Source: Acidimicrobiia bacterium
Lineage (GTDB): Bacteria > Actinomycetota > Acidimicrobiia > IMCC26256 > PALSA-610
Reading direction: 5' to 3'
DNA length: 27,399 nucleotides
Assembly (NCBI GenBank): GCA_040513235.1
Contig: JBEVDP010000157.1
Coordinates: 1-27,399, forward strand
A program made the position numbers and the translations under genes. The notes below the pieces were generated by a model. It saw nothing but the letters and a program-made list of their open reading frames with translations. It was not told the DNA's origin and did not search any database. Positions within the stretch are counted from its first letter, which is position 1, and each line of letters opens with the position of its first letter. Below, piece after piece: positions 25,038 through 27,399 of this stretch.

Positions 25038-26522
25038 GTGCGTATCCCGACCACCGCCTGGCGACGGGCTGCACTGTGCATGCTCGCCGCCGTCGCCCTG
25101 CCCGTCGTGGGTATCACGACGCCGGCCGCGGCCGCGTCCACCGGTTCCGACGGCGTCGTGTTCGCGTTCGGTTCGGCGACCTTTCACGGCTCGACCGCGA
25201 ACCTCGCACTCTCCTCGCCTGTCGTTGGCATGGCTCAGACTGCCGACGGCGGCGGCTACTGGATGATCAGCGACGACGGCGGCGTGTTCTCGTTCAACGC
25301 GCCGTTCTTCGGGTCGCTCAAGGGTTGGCCGCTGCCCCTCCCGGTCGCCGCGATGGCCGCGACGGTCGACGGCGGGGGCTACTGGATCGTCACCGAAGAC
25401 GGCGCCGTGTACCCGTTCGGGTCCGCGAAGGCGCACGGCAACATGTTCGGCCTCCGGTTGCAAGCGCCGATCACGGACATCGTGCCCACGCCTGACGGGG
25501 GCGGCTATTGGCTCGTGGCCGAAGACGGCGGCGTGTTCTCGTTCGGCAGTGCGCAGTTCTACGGCTCGATGGGCGCGACGCGTCTGAACGCGCCGATCTT
25601 GAGTATGGCGCCGACCGCCGGCGGCGGCGGCTACTGGCTGATCGCCAAGGACGGCGGCGTGTTCAGCTTCGGTAACGCGGTCTTCCGCGGTTCGACCGGC
25701 GCGATGCGCCTGAACGCGCCGGTCATCGGCATGGCGGTCGCCGGCAACGGCGCCGGCTACTGGCTCGTCGGCGAAGACGGCGGCGTGTTCACGTTCGGCG
25801 ACGGCCTCCAGTTCTTCGGCAGCGCGGCCGGACAGGTGCCCGCAGGTCGACGCGTCACGCAGTTGGTCGGCATGCCGAACGGCGACGGCTACCGCATGCT
25901 CGCGCTCGACAACGTCTCCGACGTCGCGCTCGTCGGCATGGGGGCCCGCGGTGCGGGCGTCACCGACCTCCAGGCGCGGCTCGAATCGATGGGCTACTGG
26001 ACCGGCGGTGTCAACGGTGTCTACGGCCCGCTCACCCAACAAGCCGTCTGGGCGTTCCAGAAGGTGAACGGGATCCCGCGCACCGGCGTCGTGGATGCGG
26101 CGACCCGGGTCGCGTTCCGCACCGCGCGTCGCCCGACACCGCGTTCGACGAGTGGCTACGTGATCGAAGTCGACAAGGCCCGCCAGGTGATCATCGTGGC
26201 GCGCGACGGCCGGGCCGAATGGACGATCAACACTTCGACGGGGACCGAACGGCCCTACACGTGGGAAGGCCGCCAGTACATGGCCGACACCCCGGTGGGG
26301 CGGTTCACGATGAACCGTCAGATCGACGGGGTCCGCGACGGCGAGCTCGGCACGTTGTTCCGGCCCAAGTACTTCCACCCCGACGGGATTGCGTTCCACG
26401 GGTACCCGAGTGTTCCGCCCAACCCGGCGTCGCACGGCTGCGTGCGAATGACGAACGCGGCGATCAACTGGGTCTGGGACAACAACATCATCCCGCTCGG
26501 TACGAGCGTTTGGGTCTATTAG
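25038..26522 (+). CDS. Secreted L,D-transpeptidase (YkuD) with N-terminal repeat domain and PG-binding domain
   Basis: Signal peptide ending PAAAA, about 42-aa YWLVxxDGGVF repeats, PG-binding-1 motif (V..LQ.RL..MGY...V.G.YG..T..AV..FQ..NG...TG.VD), and IAFHG...ASHGCVR YkuD catalytic motif. AGGAG SD. Confidence 0.9.
   Translation: MRIPTTAWRRAALCMLAAVALPVVGITTPAAAASTGSDGVVFAFGSATFHGSTANLALSSPVVGMAQTADGGGYWMISDDGGVFSFNAPFFGSLKGWPLPLPVAAMAATVDGGGYWIVTEDGAVYPFGSAKAHGNMFGLRLQAPITDIVPTPDGGGYWLVAEDGGVFSFGSAQFYGSMGATRLNAPILSMAPTAGGGGYWLIAKDGGVFSFGNAVFRGSTGAMRLNAPVIGMAVAGNGAGYWLVGEDGGVFTFGDGLQFFGSAAGQVPAGRRVTQLVGMPNGDGYRMLALDNVSDVALVGMGARGAGVTDLQARLESMGYWTGGVNGVYGPLTQQAVWAFQKVNGIPRTGVVDAATRVAFRTARRPTPRSTSGYVIEVDKARQVIIVARDGRAEWTINTSTGTERPYTWEGRQYMADTPVGRFTMNRQIDGVRDGELGTLFRPKYFHPDGIAFHGYPSVPPNPASHGCVRMTNAAINWVWDNNIIPLGTSVWVY
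25150..25905 (+). repeat. Six 41-44 aa YW(L/I/M)xxxDGGVF(S/T)FG repeats (probable beta-propeller)
   Basis: YW-to-YW spacings of 41, 42, 42, 42 and 44 aa. The first unit lacks the YW strand, and a lone YRML strand follows the last unit. Boundaries approximate. Confidence 0.85.
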
Positions 26523-26554
26523 CCCCGGTCGGTACGAGCGTTGGGGTCTCCTAG
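26492..26554 (+). repeat. 32-bp-period tandem duplication of the LDT gene 3' end
   Basis: 26492-26522 (cccgctcggtacgagcgtttgggtctattag) versus 26524-26554 (cccggtcggtacgagcgttggggtctcctag): 27/31 identical, both ending in TAG. Confidence 0.85.
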
Positions 26555-26567
26555 CAACGAGACCCTT
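26543..26567 (+). terminator. Hairpin downstream of the LDT gene (possible terminator)
   Basis: gggtctc-ctagcaac-gagaccc 7-bp stem followed by tt. Confidence 0.35.
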
Positions 26568-26595
26568 CGGTGAACGAGACGCTTGACGCCCGGGC

Positions 26596-26601
26596 TACAA
26601 T
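26596..26601 (+). promoter_or_regulatory. Candidate -10 element for the DksA-like gene
   Basis: TACAAT about 85 nt upstream of ATG 26687. No properly spaced -35 (TTGACG lies only 7 nt upstream). Confidence 0.4.
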
Positions 26602-26686
26602 CCGGCGCCCTCGGGGGGCCGTTGCGGCCCCGCCCCGTTCGCGAACGACGCGAAGCGGGACATTCCCTCGCCGTTGAAAGGATGCC

Positions 26687-27399
26687 ATGGCCAAGGCGAC
26701 GCCGGCCGGCGCGGCCAAGACGAGCGCGAAGAAGGCGGCCAAGAAGCCGCCCGCGGCCAAGAAGCCGCCCGCGGCCGGGAAGACCACGAAGAAGGTCGTG
26801 CGGGCCACACCGGCCAAGAAGGCGGGGAAAAAGGCCGCGCCCGCGAAGAAGGTCCCGGCCCAGGCGACCAAGAAGGCCGTGCCCGTGAAGAAGGCGGCCC
26901 CCGCCAAGGCCGCCAAGGCGGTGAAGGCGGCACCGGCGAAGAAGGCGACCCCCGCGAAGAAGGCGGCGCCCGCCAAGGCGGCACCGGCGAAGGCGGCCAA
27001 GCCCGAGAAGGTCGTGAAGGCCGCGCCCGCGCCTCCGCCGCCGAAGCCGAAGAAGTTGCCTCCGCCGCTCGCGCCCAGCACGCTCGAGAAGTTGCGTGAG
27101 CGCCTCGAGGAGGAGCGGGATCGGCATCGCCGCCAGGCCGACGAGTTGCTCGCCGAAGCCGAAGCGCTTGCGTCCGAGCGCGAGCAGGGCGACACGCAGT
27201 TCGACGAGGAGTCGGGCGAAGGCGACACGGTCAGCGTCGAACGCGAGCGCGACCTCACGCTGTCCGCCACCGCGCGCCAGACCGTCGACGACATCGAGCG
27301 GGCCTTGGCGAAGATGAACGACAACAGCTTCGGACTGTGCATCACGTGCGGCGATCGCATCCCGGTCGCACGCCTCGAGGTGATCCCGTGGGCGGAGCA
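26687..27399 (+). CDS. DksA/TraR C4 zinc-finger protein with N-terminal histone H1-like Lys/Ala/Pro domain (DdbA-like); 3'-truncated by the window
   Basis: Not in the ORF track; translated by hand from ATG 26687 (AAGGA SD). MAKATPAGAAKTSAKKAAKK... has 36 Lys in the first 123 aa, followed by a coiled coil (LRERLEEERDR...DIERALAKM) and FGLCITCGDRIPVARLEVIPWA, the first CxxC and RLE.IP motif of DksA/TraR. Confidence 0.9.
   Translation, partial: MAKATPAGAAKTSAKKAAKKPPAAKKPPAAGKTTKKVVRATPAKKAGKKAAPAKKVPAQATKKAVPVKKAAPAKAAKAVKAAPAKKATPAKKAAPAKAAPAKAAKPEKVVKAAPAPPPPKPKKLPPPLAPSTLEKLRERLEEERDRHRRQADELLAEAEALASEREQGDTQFDEESGEGDTVSVERERDLTLSATARQTVDDIERALAKMNDNSFGLCITCGDRIPVARLEVIPWAE

Noticed and set aside
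25150-25905. Periodic DNA repeats that might suggest a CRISPR array
   Set aside because: They are degenerate, in frame and about 126 nt in period within a protein: protein repeats with no unique spacers and no cas genes.
26579-26650. Possible SOS (GAAC-N4-GTTC) or PafBC/RecA-NDp (TGTCGG-N10-TA) site before the DdbA-like gene
   Set aside because: The palindrome is GTTC-GC-GAAC (wrong orientation and spacing), and no TGTCGG sits at the required distance from TACAAT.

Overview
High-GC actinobacterial chromosomal segment, most likely Acidimicrobiia (inferred from protein features such as YWLVxxDGGVF repeats and from gene order). It is dominated by a division/cell-wall (dcw) operon on the + strand: mraZ-rsmH-ftsL-ftsI-murE-murF-mraY-[no murD]-ftsW-murG-murC-murB-ftsQ-ftsZ-pgeF-yggS-sepF-yggT-divIVA. 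Downstream lie a secreted repeat-propeller/PG-binding/L,D-transpeptidase and a histone-like-tailed DksA/TraR protein that runs off the window end and is missing from the ORF track. Upstream are DUF3040, an Rv1830/McdR-like MerR regulator, a minus-strand MoxR-DUF58-transglutaminase module, a small Trp-rich ORF and an HNH nuclease. No rRNA, tRNA, CRISPR array or transposase was seen. Most notable: (1) murD is absent, and its slot holds a 45-codon mini-ORF overlapping both the mraY stop and the ftsW start, suggesting relocation or an alternative route such as MurD2/MurL; (2) a structured RNA between mraZ and rsmH whose loop is complementary (11/12) to the rsmH start region; (3) an extended 10-bp-phased GTGG box array at the mraZ promoter; (4) an inverted-repeat operator upstream of ftsZ; (5) a 32-bp tandem duplication of the LDT gene 3' end. 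All base pairings and motif matches were found by eye; no database search was run.
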